DNA of 64,000 nucleotides from Heteronotia binoei. Lineage: Eukaryota. Where the stretch lies: NCBI RefSeq assembly GCF_032191835.1, contig NC_083227.1:108624001-108688000 (forward strand). Direction: 5' to 3'. The translations under genes were made by a program, and so were the position numbers. The notes beneath the pieces are model-generated. The model was not told where the DNA came from. It worked only from the letters and a program-made list of their open reading frames with translations, and searched no databases. Below are positions 13,960 to 25,559 of this stretch, piece after piece. The number at the start of each line of letters is the position of its first letter. Position 1 is the stretch's first letter.

Positions 13960-16772
13960 TATCCCTACTGTTCTATTATTTCTGCTTTGGGAGAGATTGC
14001 TCCTCTAACACAGTGTACCACCTCTGTTCTCTTGGCAGTGAAGGGATGTTGCTCTCAGTTCCTGCACTAAAGATAAATTAGTACCTCTTTCTCAGACTGA
14101 CTAAAACCTTTCTATAATGCTGTATACAAGTGCTAAAGTAAAATTACAGAGGTCATTAAAATATATATCATTGCGAATTACTGACATTTATACAACAGTA
14201 GCAAAACAAAGATGTTCACCAAAACCCCCTCTAGCACTGCTCTGTTTACTGACATATTCTTGTTCCTGGTCCACCATCATTTTTAACATTTAGGTGACTG
14301 GTTTCATTTTGAACACTGTCATTGTCCAAAATCCAACTAAAGTTAATTGAGACCAAAGACTTAAGCACTGCTGAACTCAGTAAAACTTATTTCTAGGTAG
14401 CTTGAGAGTAGGCTCACTGAAGCAAGAGTTCTCTGATAATTCATAGAGTTCTACTGGTTTCAATGCAATGTAATCATGATTCATTTTAGCAAATGATAAA
14501 GGCTAACATTTCATCACTTCTTTATTGAAACCATGGTATTTCTCTCCCAACAAGGAGCTCATTCCTGCACTTTTCCCCACCCACTTCATGAGGGAAATTA
14601 TTCTCCCCTTCTCAAGAGAATAAGAGCAAAATAAGTAAACCCCCCCCCCTTAAAGTCATCTCCTACTACACATGTTCTAACACATTTTAAAGAAAACACA
14701 AAGCAAGGGACAAGCTGTTGGCTAAACTGAGAACCACAAATGCAGAGAAGGAGGCTATTGGGATTGAGCCTTGCACTGATGGATCCCTTAAACCAGTGGA
14801 AAGAATATCCACCATAGTATTCCCCAAACCATAGCTCACATGACCTAAATGACAGAAGCATGTCTTGAGCGCTCCAACATGTGTTACAATATTCTGATAC
14901 AGAAAGGTCTTCTATGTGAGGACTGCTTTGTAGATTAATACAACAGATGATCATACATGCAGGCAGGGCTAGATGGGTCCACATCATTATATCCAGTTCA
15001 GGGCTAGTTTCTTTGTAACTGCTAAACTTGCTGTCAGCCTGTGGGGGAGCATGTTATTTTGTTTGTGTTCTGATTAAACACACATCCTCTATTTTTCCCA
15101 TGTTGCTGTGTTCAGCTACTGTACTGCCACTTTTTTCAGCTACCTGTAAAGGGAAGCTAATTTTCTTCTACAACAGGGGAGTGGAAATTCAAGCGCTATG
15201 GAAGCCTTGAACGTACAGAGCTGATGAACTGGATTGTACCTTCTTGTCTGCCCGTAAAGGGTATGAACACATGATCCCAGGGCACCAACTCTCCTTGCTC
15301 ATGAACAATCTTAAACAGGAGACAGTGCCTTCTTTGATGGCATTCATTCCAGATTAAACGTTACAGCTGACTAAACTGCACTCCTGGAAGAACTACACAC
15401 CAAGGAAGAAGTCTTAATCATACACTGTGTTGTGCAGTACAACCTCACCAAACCAGAGTACACAACAGCCTGGGAAGAGAAAGTTAGAGACAGGCAGAGC
15501 CTTGGCTATACTCTTCTAGTCTTATGGATGTTTACTTGGAAGCAAGTCCTATCAACTTCCACGTAACTGCACACTGGATCACAAATTTATCCTTGTAGCT
15601 CCTAATCCTTCAGTCCTAAAAATTTGTGCAAAAGGCTTTCTGTATTCACACTACTGTCCTCAGGCCAAGCAATAACTGATCTACTCTATAATCACCTAGT
15701 CTTCCCCTGACAGCCACTTCACCTTCATATAAAGTGAAAGAACTTCTGCTGACTACTTTCAGTAGAGTAACTGAATCCCACCACCTTTCTGTAGCCTGTA
15801 AACTTTTAAGTATAAATGTATCTGCCTAACAGACACTCCACATATCTGACGAAATCTCTGGCTTACAAGTGTTTATTCTGCAATAAATTTTGTTAGTCTT
15901 TAAAGGTGCCACTGGACTTCTGTTTGATTCAGGGAAGAAGGTATCTGTACCACAACGTCCTTCCCCTGGTGTCTGGGACACCCCATGACAACTTCTTAAA
16001 ACCCTTTAGAAAATGATGGAGGCTGAGGGGCTGACTACACGTTACATTCAAAGGTTGCAGTGGAACTCCCAGGGGAGGGAAGAGGAGAGCGGAAGGGGTT
16101 GTAACGAGTAGAGAAGTGAGGAGTGGGGAAGCATAAATCACTCCATTCTTCTCCTGCCACTTTTTGGGGGACCTCTAAATCCCACTCTTAAAATGCAGGT
16201 AACGTGTGACTAGACTCTGACTTGTGTAGGGAGGATGAAACCCACTTCGTATAGTATGTCAGCTATGTAACTGTAAAGCATTTTTATTTATTAAAAAAAG
16301 TATCTGAAAAGGGAAATGCCAGCCCTTTCCACCACTTTGCTCACACAGAAGGAATGTTACAAGTTTCTATTGGTTTTCCACTAATGCAGCAGAGGCTAAG
16401 ATGAGTTGCAAGTCTACATATTGGATCGGACTCCTTTAGATTCTGATGGCTGGGTAGAAAACTGAGCAGCGGCTACATTGGTCTTCTAGCAGCAACAGGT
16501 TCCAAAGAGGCTAACGCTCATCCTTTGTAAGGACAAATCTCCAGAGATAGTCACACAGAAGGAAATACTGCTTAGATACTGAAGGTGCCAACGATCTTGG
16601 GTTCAACATTATGGGCATTTGAAGTATTAGAAATCCAGATTATAAAAGACTGTATAAAGCAACAGGCAAGTAAAAAGGAATTCTCCAGTTTCAGTGCCTT
16701 GCAGGGCCATGGACTCAAAGGCAATGCAAGAAATAGTCAAGGCATCTCAGGACGGTTGTTCCAGGATGGCTT

Positions 16773-17276
16773 TCATGGCTGAATTCTTTTGCGGTAGAGG
16801 TAAGCATTGCTCACCTGGCTCATGATAACCAGGCTGGTGAGGACAGGGCTGAGCATAGACAGATACCAGGAGATTCCTGTCACAGATGTGGTGAACCACA
16901 GAGAACACATGCCCAGCATTAGACTGGCACAGCCAAGTAGATACCCAATCAGCCCTGATGTGGCATGGTAGAGTTTCAGTTTGGCCAGCTTCCAGTTCTT
17001 TATCAGCTTTGGGTAGAGCAGAACCAGCCCCCCCATGCACTGTATACTAGCATACAGTACAGTCAACAAGCCAGTCAGACTGTGCCAGGTGGCAAAGTGG
17101 GCTTTCCCATTGATGTACTTGTTGTAGCTGATGAAAGCCAAGCCCAGCACTGCGCAGATGAGGGCAAGCAGCTGCAAAGCCCAGTGGAAGCGGATCTTGG
17201 CCTTGCGGGAGAAGGGCCGGAGAAGAGAGCTCTCTGGAGAGAAAGCCAGCAGGGCTTCTGTCATCAGTAAGGAAAA
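16773..17276 (-). CDS. CYB561D2: Cytochrome b561 family member D2, last coding exon
   Basis: Acceptor ccttctccag|TTT; [19 protein letters not shown]...[12 protein letters not shown]...[13 protein letters not shown]. Confidence 0.97.
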   Translation of the reverse strand, partial: FSLLMTEALLAFSPESSLLRPFSRKAKIRFHWALQLLALICAVLGLAFISYNKYINGKAHFATWHSLTGLLTVLYASIQCMGGLVLLYPKLIKNWKLAKLKLYHATSGLIGYLLGCASLMLGMCSLWFTTSVTGISWYLSMLSPVLTSLVIMSQVSNAYLYRKRIQP

Positions 17277-17628
17277 CTGGAGAAGGACAGAAAAACACTC
17301 ATCATTAAGGTTGGCCAAATTCAGTTTGATGGTGAAAAGGGCTGCTGAGTCACAACCAACTTATGGTGACTCCATAGGGTTTTCAAGGCAACATTCAAGT
17401 TGGCCACTAACAATTATGTTCTCTCGTCCCCAGGAAAAACAGAATAAATTCCACCTGATAGAAAAGGTTTCCTATTACATTTAGTTTGATAAAATATCCC
17501 AGGGAATTTTTCCTGGTTACTTGTGTCCATTCTGTGTTTTAATCACTCCCAGGATGCAGCACAAATTTTGCATTGAACCATTAGTGAATTGAACAATTCT
17601 GAGTATAGAAAGCTTTTGGCTGACTTAC

Positions 17629-17666
17629 CGCTAGCGACATTAAGAGAGGATGCCAGGAGAAAAGGC
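17629..17666 (-). CDS. CYB561D2: CYB561D2 38-nt coding exon
   Basis: ag|GC CTT TTC TCC TGG CAT CCT CTC TTA ATG TCG CTA GCG|gtaagt = (S)LFSWHPLLMSLA; phases fit both neighbours. Confidence 0.95.
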
Positions 17667-18146
17667 CTAGAAGAGAAGAATAAAATGAACCTTCAAGCTG
17701 AACAACAGACCAGTTGAGACTACATCTGATTGGGTAAAATTCAACTATACTCAGATCACTATAGCAGCATTAGCTAGCTATTGTTGCTGTCAGAGAGAAA
17801 TGCTGCTATGTTTTCTTAAGTTTTATAAGGTGCTGACATTTTTATCTAATCACTTGCTGTTTCCCTTCCCAGTAAATCGGAAAAAAAATTAAAAGTGCAA
17901 CCACCCCCCAAAAAAGAAGACATAAGTGAAAAAACGTGTTCTGGAATTGAGTAAAATTCCAGAAAGACAGCCATGTTAAAGTTAAGTAGCGGGGGGGGGG
18001 GGGGGGGACAGTTTTGTACCACCTTAAAAACTAGCACCTTTATTGAGACAATATGCTTTTATGGCTCTAGTCCACAAAAGCGTACAGCATGGTAATCTAT
18101 GGTGTCCCAAGACAGATTGTTATTTTGGAATGAGGTATGACACTAA

Positions 18147-18211
18147 CAGTGCAATCCTAAACAGTGTTAATCCATGGGTTTAGAAGCATTTCACTGTTTA
18201 GGATTGTACTG
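18147..18211. repeat. 65-bp hairpin MITE flanked by TAA (PIF/Harbinger-like)
   Basis: Arms cagtgcaatcctaaacagtg and cactgtttaggattgtactg (19/20 complementary); taa on both flanks. Confidence 0.65.
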
Positions 18212-18329
18212 TAAGGCTGGAATCCTGTACATTAATTATCGTATGGCAGTGGGTGTATTATAGCCAGGAGAGCCAAAGATTGCCTAGCAGTCTGAAACTC
18301 TAGCTCCTTTTTGCAGTGAGTGAGATTTA

Positions 18330-18460
18330 TTGGTAGGGGGGCTGAGAGAGCTCTGACTGATCCAAGGTCACCCAGCTGGCTTCTTGTGGAGGAGTGGGGA
18401 ATTGAACCCAGTTATCCAGATTAGAATCTGCTGCTGTTAACCATTACGCCACACTGGCTT
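18330..18460 (-). mobile_element. tRNA-derived SINE fragment
   Basis: ccaaggtcacccagctggcttc...ggaattgaacccagtt...ttaaccattacgccacactggct is the reverse of the SINE head seen elsewhere; similar copy near 19230-19375. Confidence 0.6.
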
Positions 18461-19424
18461 TTATCCTGTACATATCTGCATGGGACCATGCCTATTAAAC
18501 ACAATGGGACTTACTTCTGAGTAAATAAAGGACTGTACAACAATACCATCCCTTCAAAGAAATATCAATTAAACATCTTCCTTGAGTAATACTAGTGTCT
18601 CTAGTGAGAACAATAGGGAATGTGCTGTCCTGTGCCAAACTCGTTATGTCACCACTGAAAATGGGCACAGTGATCTCATCTTAAGCTCTTGTTTGCATTA
18701 GACTCTTATTTCATTGAGAGACTCAGTTAACAGAGAGGCTAATCATCTCTTCTCCCCAGAGAGCCAAAACTGAAATATGATAACAGGAGATGCTGCAGTC
18801 CAAGGATCAGCTTGCTGTGACCAAGCTCACATGTTGCATTCAACAACAGAATAACAGAAACAGTACACAAGTTAACCCTGAGATGTACTGATCAAACTTA
18901 TAGTAGCCCCAATCAAACTGTCACCTTGGGATGGGCAAATGTGGCCCCATTAGATGAACCCAAATTGGCACACACAACCCCCTTCTGCATCTAAAGATGC
19001 ACCCAGCTCATTCAGTAATGTTTGGATGAGTATCATATTGTGAGTAGGAATGGGTATCTTGGTGTGCATCAGGAGTAGATGCAGATCAAAGCAACTGTCT
19101 CTACCACTAGTCAGCTCAGGAAGTCTAATTTATGTAGAGCATAGTTAGCAGAAATATCCAAAACAATAATAATTTAAAAATTCAGGAACATAAAAGCCCA
19201 AACTCATGCAGAGTATGATGTACCTCTCACCATTTAAATCTACAGGCTTGGGCTGTAAGTCTCACTGACTTTCAAATGGTAGCTCACTTCCCAGGTGGTA
19301 CTCATCCAGTAAGCTTCCATGGCAGACTGGAGAATCAAACCTGATAGTAGTCTAACCACTGCACTACACTGGCTTACTTTTATCAACCTCCTGGAGAATT
19401 CACTCAATGTAATTCTCTACTTAC

Positions 19425-19551
19425 TTGATCCAGGTCTCGCAACCACAGCTACAAAGACTGTAAATCCAACTGAGACGAAGTGTGCAGCAGCACCAAAGAC
19501 AGCCCTGAGAGAGCGATAGATCTGGGATTCTGTTTCAAGAGTAAGGGCCAT
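19425..19551 (-). CDS. CYB561D2: CYB561D2 first coding exon
   Basis: ATG 19551 [42 protein letters not shown] + A|gtaagt; 127+38+504 nt = 222 aa. Confidence 0.96.
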
Positions 19552-19766
19552 GATGAGATGGGCCTCCAGCACAAACCACACAGAAGGTTGACTTTTCACT
19601 CTCCACTGACTTCAGGCTTCCTGATGCTAAGTGTGCAGCATGTATCAGCTTCCAAAACACATCAAGGCAAGGGCTATAACTACAGAGCACTAAGGACCCA
19701 TTAGTTGTCTATATAAAAAAAGAAAGAAAAGAACAAGATTAAGGAAATAATAATATTTTTTTATTT

Positions 19767-19838
19767 AATAATAATAATAATAACTTTTTATTTCTATCCC
19801 GCCCTCCCCGCCGCAGCAGGCTCAGGGCGGCTCACAAA
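19767..19838 (-). mobile_element. L2-family 3' end with (AAT)n tail
   Basis: aataataataataataactttttatttctatcccgccctccccgccgcagcaggctcagggcggctcacaa is nearly identical to 60340-60400. Confidence 0.8.
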
Positions 19839-21294
19839 ATAAGCAGTGGCTCAGTATAAACTGTCATGAAATGGCTACTGAAACAGTGGTGAGTCTTAAG
19901 GAAATGCAAAAAAGCACTCAGGCAACTGGGACGTCACTGCCTATCCATCAGATTTGTCACAATAGTGCCTGGACGTTCTGCCACAAATGCCATGAACTTC
20001 TCGTTCCTAGACTTTTCCTTCAAATCTACCATGCCTATTCCCTTCCTTCCTCATTGTAACTACAATATTTCTTAAGTGAATGGCAACATTTGTCAAATTA
20101 AAGTGTTTTTTTTAAATTTATATTCATGTTTTCCCATCTTGATTTTGCCATATTGTTTAAACTGAGCCCTCAGAATAGGAATCCATTAGTCACACTTTCT
20201 GCCTACAATGTAACTGCTTATCCAGAATCTTTGGGACAGGATAAAATACTACAAATCTGAATAAATGTTCTCTCCTTGGGAAACCATTGGCTAAATATGT
20301 AGCATCTAAACACAGAACTTGCTGGTTATAGTAATCACTCTTGTCTCCACTAGAGCCAGCAAGCCAGCTTGGGTGCAAGATCTTTCAGGATGGCAGTGCC
20401 ATACTGACAAGAGGAAAGGAACCATTTATGCACAGTGCTCAGCTCATGCTTTACTCACAGTTAGATGTGCAGAGGGACCAGGGATGAGCTGAGTGAGGTT
20501 TAAGCCTCATGCAAGCACTGTCCAGAACAAAATGAGTACTATGAAACATGCCCTTAAATTAACAAATAAGCATCAGAAAGTCACTCCAGCGACTGGAGCA
20601 GGATTGATGAATTGCATGGGGGGGGGGGGGTGCACATACTACTTATCAGCAAACAATGAAGCTGGTACTAAACACAACAAGAGTTACAGCCCTGTTATTA
20701 CTGGCTTTTGAATGCAAGTGATTGTACTGACTTTGCATCATCAGGGAGCAAAACAGTTTCGGCACAGGAAGTCCATTCAGGAAGCATCATATTCATACAT
20801 CACTTTACTAAGGAATGCATTATTGTGGCTGTCACTGTAGGATGTTACTTTAAATCGCAACTTAGTAAAAAGAGGGATTTGCAACTGTGATATGACAGGT
20901 ACAGAATAGCTGTTTTTACACTCTGAGAAACTTTTGTCATGGGATTTCCTGTTTCATTCATGCTCAAGATAGGCAGATACTCTTGAACAAACCTGAAAAA
21001 ACTCAGTAGATGACTTCATGCTTTTACCAGAAAAACACAATAGGCAAAACTTCTCCCCAGATTATTAGTATTATTATTCAGTCCTGTAGGAAGATTGGAG
21101 GAAATAATTTCCTAAACAGAATGCCCCACCACAGATTAATATGAATACACCCTGCACATCTGACCACTATATGCAATTCTCACACATGTATTTTGCTCTA
21201 TGTGCACACAATAGAAAGTCATAGCTAAGCAGGGATTTATAGTTAGGTAAAATATATTTATTTACCTTACTTATAGCACCATTGCACTCATTTC

Positions 21295-22608
21295 ACATGC
21301 CAGCAAGGTCATGTTAAAGATCCTACAAGCTAGACTTCAGCAGTATGTATATCAGGAACTACCAGAAGTTCAAGCTGGTTTTCGGAGAGGTAGAGGAACT
21401 AGAGATCAAACTGCCAACATTCACTGGATTATGGAGAAAGCACGGGAGTATCAGAAAAACATCTATTTCTGTTTCATTGACTATGCTAAAGCCTTTGATT
21501 GTGTGGATCACAACAAACTGTGGCAAGTCCTTAAAGAGATGGGTGCACCAGACCACCTTACATGTCTTCTGAGAAACCTGTATAAGGGTCAAGAAGCAAC
21601 TGTCAGAACAGGATATGGAACAACTGATTGGTTTAGAATAGGAAAAGGAGTTCGACAAGGATTTATTTATTTATTTTTTATTTATTTGGGATTTATATCC
21701 CGCCCTTCCCACAAGTGGCTCAGGGTGTATATTGTCACCCTGCTTATTTAATTTATATGCAGAGTACATCATGCAGAATGCTGGCCTGGATGAAGCAGAA
21801 GCTGGAATTAAGATCACCGGGAAAAACATCAACAACCTCAGATATGCAGATGACACTACTCTAATGGGAGAAAGTGAGGAGGACCTAAAGAACCTCTTGT
21901 TAAGGGTGAAAGAGATCACAAAAGTAGGCTTGAAACCCAACATCAAAAAAACTAAGATCATGACATCTGGCCCCATCACACCTTGACAAATAGAAGGGGA
22001 AGACATGGAAGTAGTGACAGACTTCACATTTCTGGGATCCAAGATCACTGCAGATGGTGACTGTAGCCATGAAATTAAAAGACATTTGCTCCTTGGGAGG
22101 ACAGCTATGGCGAACCTGGGCAGTATAATAAAAAGTAGAGACATCACCCTGCCAACAAAAGTCCGTATAGTCAAAGCGATGGTATTCCCAGTAGTAAAGT
22201 ATGGCTGTGAGAGCTGGACCATAAGGAAGGCCGAGCAAAGAATAGATGCTTTTGAGATGTGGTGCTGGAGAAGAATCTTGAGAGTCCCTTGGGCTGCAAG
22301 AAGAGTAAATCAGTCAGTCCTAAGGGAAATTAACCCAGACTGTTCCCTGGAAGGTCAGATGCTGAAGCTCAAAAACTTTGGCCACCAAATGAGAAGAGAG
22401 TACTCCCTGGAGAAGATCATGATGCTGGGAAAGACAGAAGGCAAAAGATGAAGGGGACAGCTAAAGATGAGATGGCTGGACAGCGTTACTGATGTAACAA
22501 ACAAGAATTTGAGCAGACTTTGGAGGATGGTGGAAGACAGGAGGGCCTGGAGTGACTTTGTCCATGGGGTCGCAAAGAGTCAGACTCAACTGTGTGACTG
22601 AACAACAA
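21295..22608 (+). mobile_element. RTE-BovB-like LINE, 5'-truncated and decayed
   Basis: ORF pieces KILQARLQQY..ELPEVQAGFRRGRGTRDQ, FIDYAKAFDCVDHNKLW, INNLRYADDTTLM, FPVVKYGCESWT; tail ggggtcgcaaagagtcagactcaactgtgtgactgaacaacaa; interrupted by an L2 tail at ~21661-21725. Confidence 0.92.
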
Positions 22609-23539
22609 TACAGCCCACCTCCCACGGTGAGACTCAAAGTAGAATGTACAGTGTAAAACAATGTAATCAAAGAGTATGAGATGTCCAGTAAACAGTGCAA
22701 CAGGACTATGGTCAAAAACATTAAAAACTATGCAAAAAAGTGTTAGACATGTTATGTCAAACAAAACTAACATGGAATCACAAAATTAGAAAACAATACA
22801 CTAAGGGAAAGAGTACATACAATGACTAGTGGAGAAGACTAAACTCTTCCTTTATAAAAGCAACTTCCTGAACCATTCCATTAAATGTAACGTACACCCA
22901 ACTGCAGTTATCAAACATGATAACAGAAATGTGAATTGCACACACAGCACTGCTTTTTATGCAGGATGTGTTTAAAATTATGCAACCCTGTAAAGAACTG
23001 CAGCCCAGTCCATAGATGGATATTCTTATTTGACTGACCCAACATCGGCTATATTAAGCTGTGAACACCACAGCTGTGCACAGGATCCAAGGATGTCAAA
23101 TGGGAAATAGGAGAGTATCTGTATTAATTTTATTTTTAATAGCAAAATAACACTGCCAAAGAGATGGAAGGAAGGCATATTTTAATTTGAAAGAGGAATG
23201 CCCCTCTAAAGCAGTGCCGGTGATCAAACCAGAAAGCACTATGGCAGAACGACACCCATGGTCTTCAACCTTCTTGCAGAAACGCTCCTATGCTCCCCTT
23301 CTTTAGGAACCAACAAGCAGCAATTGCACTATTGATATGACAGGAGAAAAGAAAGCATTTCCATCATTACTAAGCAGACTTTTCTTTTAAGCCATCTACA
23401 GCAGACTTCTTGACAATAATTGTATTAGAGCAACATTACTGTTGTACAGTCTTAAGGAAAGCAGGAGGGTGGGTGATAACCGCCACACACAATTGCAATG
23501 CACAGGCACTCAGTGCCTGACTAATATCTCACTTACATG

Positions 23540-23752
23540 GGAGGAGACCATGGCTCACAGAAAGAACTGCAGCTTTGCATGCAGGTCCCAGGTTCAATTC
23601 CCAACATCTCAAGTTAAACAGATCAAGTAACAGGTAATATGAAAGGCTTCTGTCTGCTCAGGATCTTAAGAGAGCCGTTGCCAGTTAAAATAAACAGTAC
23701 TGACCTTGACAGACCATGTGTCTGACTCAGTATGTGGCAGCTTCTTGTGCTC
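23540..23752 (+). mobile_element. tRNA-derived SINE (second squamate family)
   Basis: A/B-box-like head catggctca...caggtcccaggttcaattccc followed by gagagccgttgccagt...gtgtctgactcagtatgtggcagctt. Confidence 0.55.
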
Positions 23753-24233
23753 GCTTTCTATGAATTAGAAAAAAGGAAGAGCAGAGCAATCATATTTTAA
23801 ATCCCACATTTGATTTCTGCTTCAAACTCACTTTAAAGAGAGAATACAGCTACTGGCTGTCAAAAGACCCGGATACATGACTTTTTAGAGTGACTCGGAG
23901 GAAGGGGGAAGATGCTGAAATTCTTCCGTGCGTTCTGATCCGACAGCGAAAGAAGCCACATGGTCAATGCCCACGTATTCATAGGATAAGGCAATCTCCT
24001 TTTCTGCCTGCGGTATACCGCCTATGGGGATGCTTATGTTTCTATGGGGTCTCTGTCGGATTGCCAAAATATGGCTCAGGGCATGCAAGAGAATTCATAC
24101 GTGTCTAGCTCCCCATTCTGCAGTCTCCCTGAGCATCTCCCCCAATCCGCGCCCTCTGGGATTTAAGCCGAGGCTCCCACCCTCTCAGCCTCTCCCTACT
24201 CAAGAGCAAAATCCCAAGAAGCGCAGAGCTCAC

Positions 24234-24560
24234 CAACCTGCTCCTGCAGCGGCATCCTAATCGAGCAGGAACTCGAAGAGATGCAAGGAAATCGAATGCC
24301 CGCTTCTGATTGGGCAGGTCGCGCTGTCCCTCCCATCCATTCTACGAATCCCTGTGTCCCTGAATGGCTGAAGCTGACTGTCCGTCTCAGGCGAGATCCT
24401 GCCAAATCAAGCCATCAACCTCTCCAAAGACGTGATAAACTGGTCAAGATCTTCTTAACTAGGAATTTATTTGTAATATGATATTGTTACTACCACGCAG
24501 TATCTCCACATGCACATCTGTAGAAGGGCTATATTTCTCTCGTCCCTAGACTACAGCATA
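24234..24560 (-). other. Probable non-coding first exon of CYB561D2 (5' boundary approximate)
   Basis: CpG-rich, next to the shared promoter; minus-strand donor gttg|gtgagc at 24233; the TSS is not determinable from sequence. Confidence 0.45.
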
Positions 24561-24730
24561 CGCATGCGCCGTAACACTACCGGGCTCCTCTGACTGCACG
24601 CGCGGAAACAGGAAGAAGGCTCAAATCGGAAGCTTTGTGCGCATGCGCATTTGTGTCGGCTAGTGAGTGATCCTTTCCGTCACTACTGTCTTTTGGCCAC
24701 TTGGAGAGGCTGAACGGAAGTAGATTATTA
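24500..24730. promoter_or_regulatory. Bidirectional CpG-island promoter CYB561D2/NPRL2
   Basis: Perfect NRF1 palindrome TGCGCATGCGCA at 24638-24649, second cgcatgcgc near 24561, several ETS CGGAA/GGAAG sites; the two genes diverge from here. Confidence 0.75.
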
Positions 24731-25080
24731 CAGGCTGTTCATTGTGTGTTTGGTTTATATCTGCACCTGGGCAAGTACTTCAGGCTGGTGGAAGTTTTAC
24801 GATGCCAGAGCGGGAGCCCTGGTAGTCTGCTGCAACCAAAACAACAGACTGCTGAGGCGACTAAAAGCTAACAGGGTCTGTGGTGACAGACGTTTCTGTG
24901 GAGTAACGCTCTGAGCGCAGTACTCCACGGCACTGGTTAGTGCCAAACCGCTGTTTTTTTTGTGTTTGAAGTGAGTCAGCCTGAGCGCTTACTGTTGCAT
25001 GCAAGAGGATCTGGGAGGGAAAGGGTTAAGAGACTTCTCTCACTCCAGGGCATTTAGCCCCGCCCTCTCATTGGTTAGAT

Positions 25081-25559
25081 CAGTGGTTCCCAACTTTTTG
25101 GCACAAGGGATTGGTGGTGGTAGGGGGAGAGCTGGGGTTCTTGCTGCCCCACCTGCACCCGCCCTTCCTGCCCCCCTTGGAAGTCTTTAAAGGGGGGGGG
25201 GAGAGACTGGGGCTGCTTCTGCCACCTCCCTGCTCGGCAGTGAGGTGACAGAAGCAGCTGATCTTCCTCTACCTCCCATTTAAAGACCCCCGTTGATCAG
25301 CTGATCTGCAGGGTCTTTAAATGAGGGGTAGGCAAAAAGGAGTGGCAGGGCTGCTCTGCCTCACTCCTTGCAAATGGAGGCAGCCTCGAAGCAAGGCCAC
25401 TCTGTTTTGAGCCCGGCTGGGAAACCAGACTCAGAGGAGAGCACAAGCTGTCTCACTGCTCTCAGCTTCCTAGGTCTGGACCCAGGAAGCCGAGAGTGCC
25501 ATGCCTGCGTAGCCCAGTTGTGCAGCCCCAGGTCCATGGCCTGCGGGTGGGGGCCCCTG
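25081..25559. mobile_element. Non-autonomous hAT-Charlie (MER1-like) element
   Basis: Ends cagtggttcccaactttttggcac and ...gggtgggggcccctg; flanks ggttagat / gtctagat (6/8, central TA). Confidence 0.7.

Noticed and set aside
16773-17318. 181-aa ORF as a standalone gene
   Set aside because: The first 14 codons are intronic; the acceptor at 17277 joins it to upstream CYB561D2 exons.
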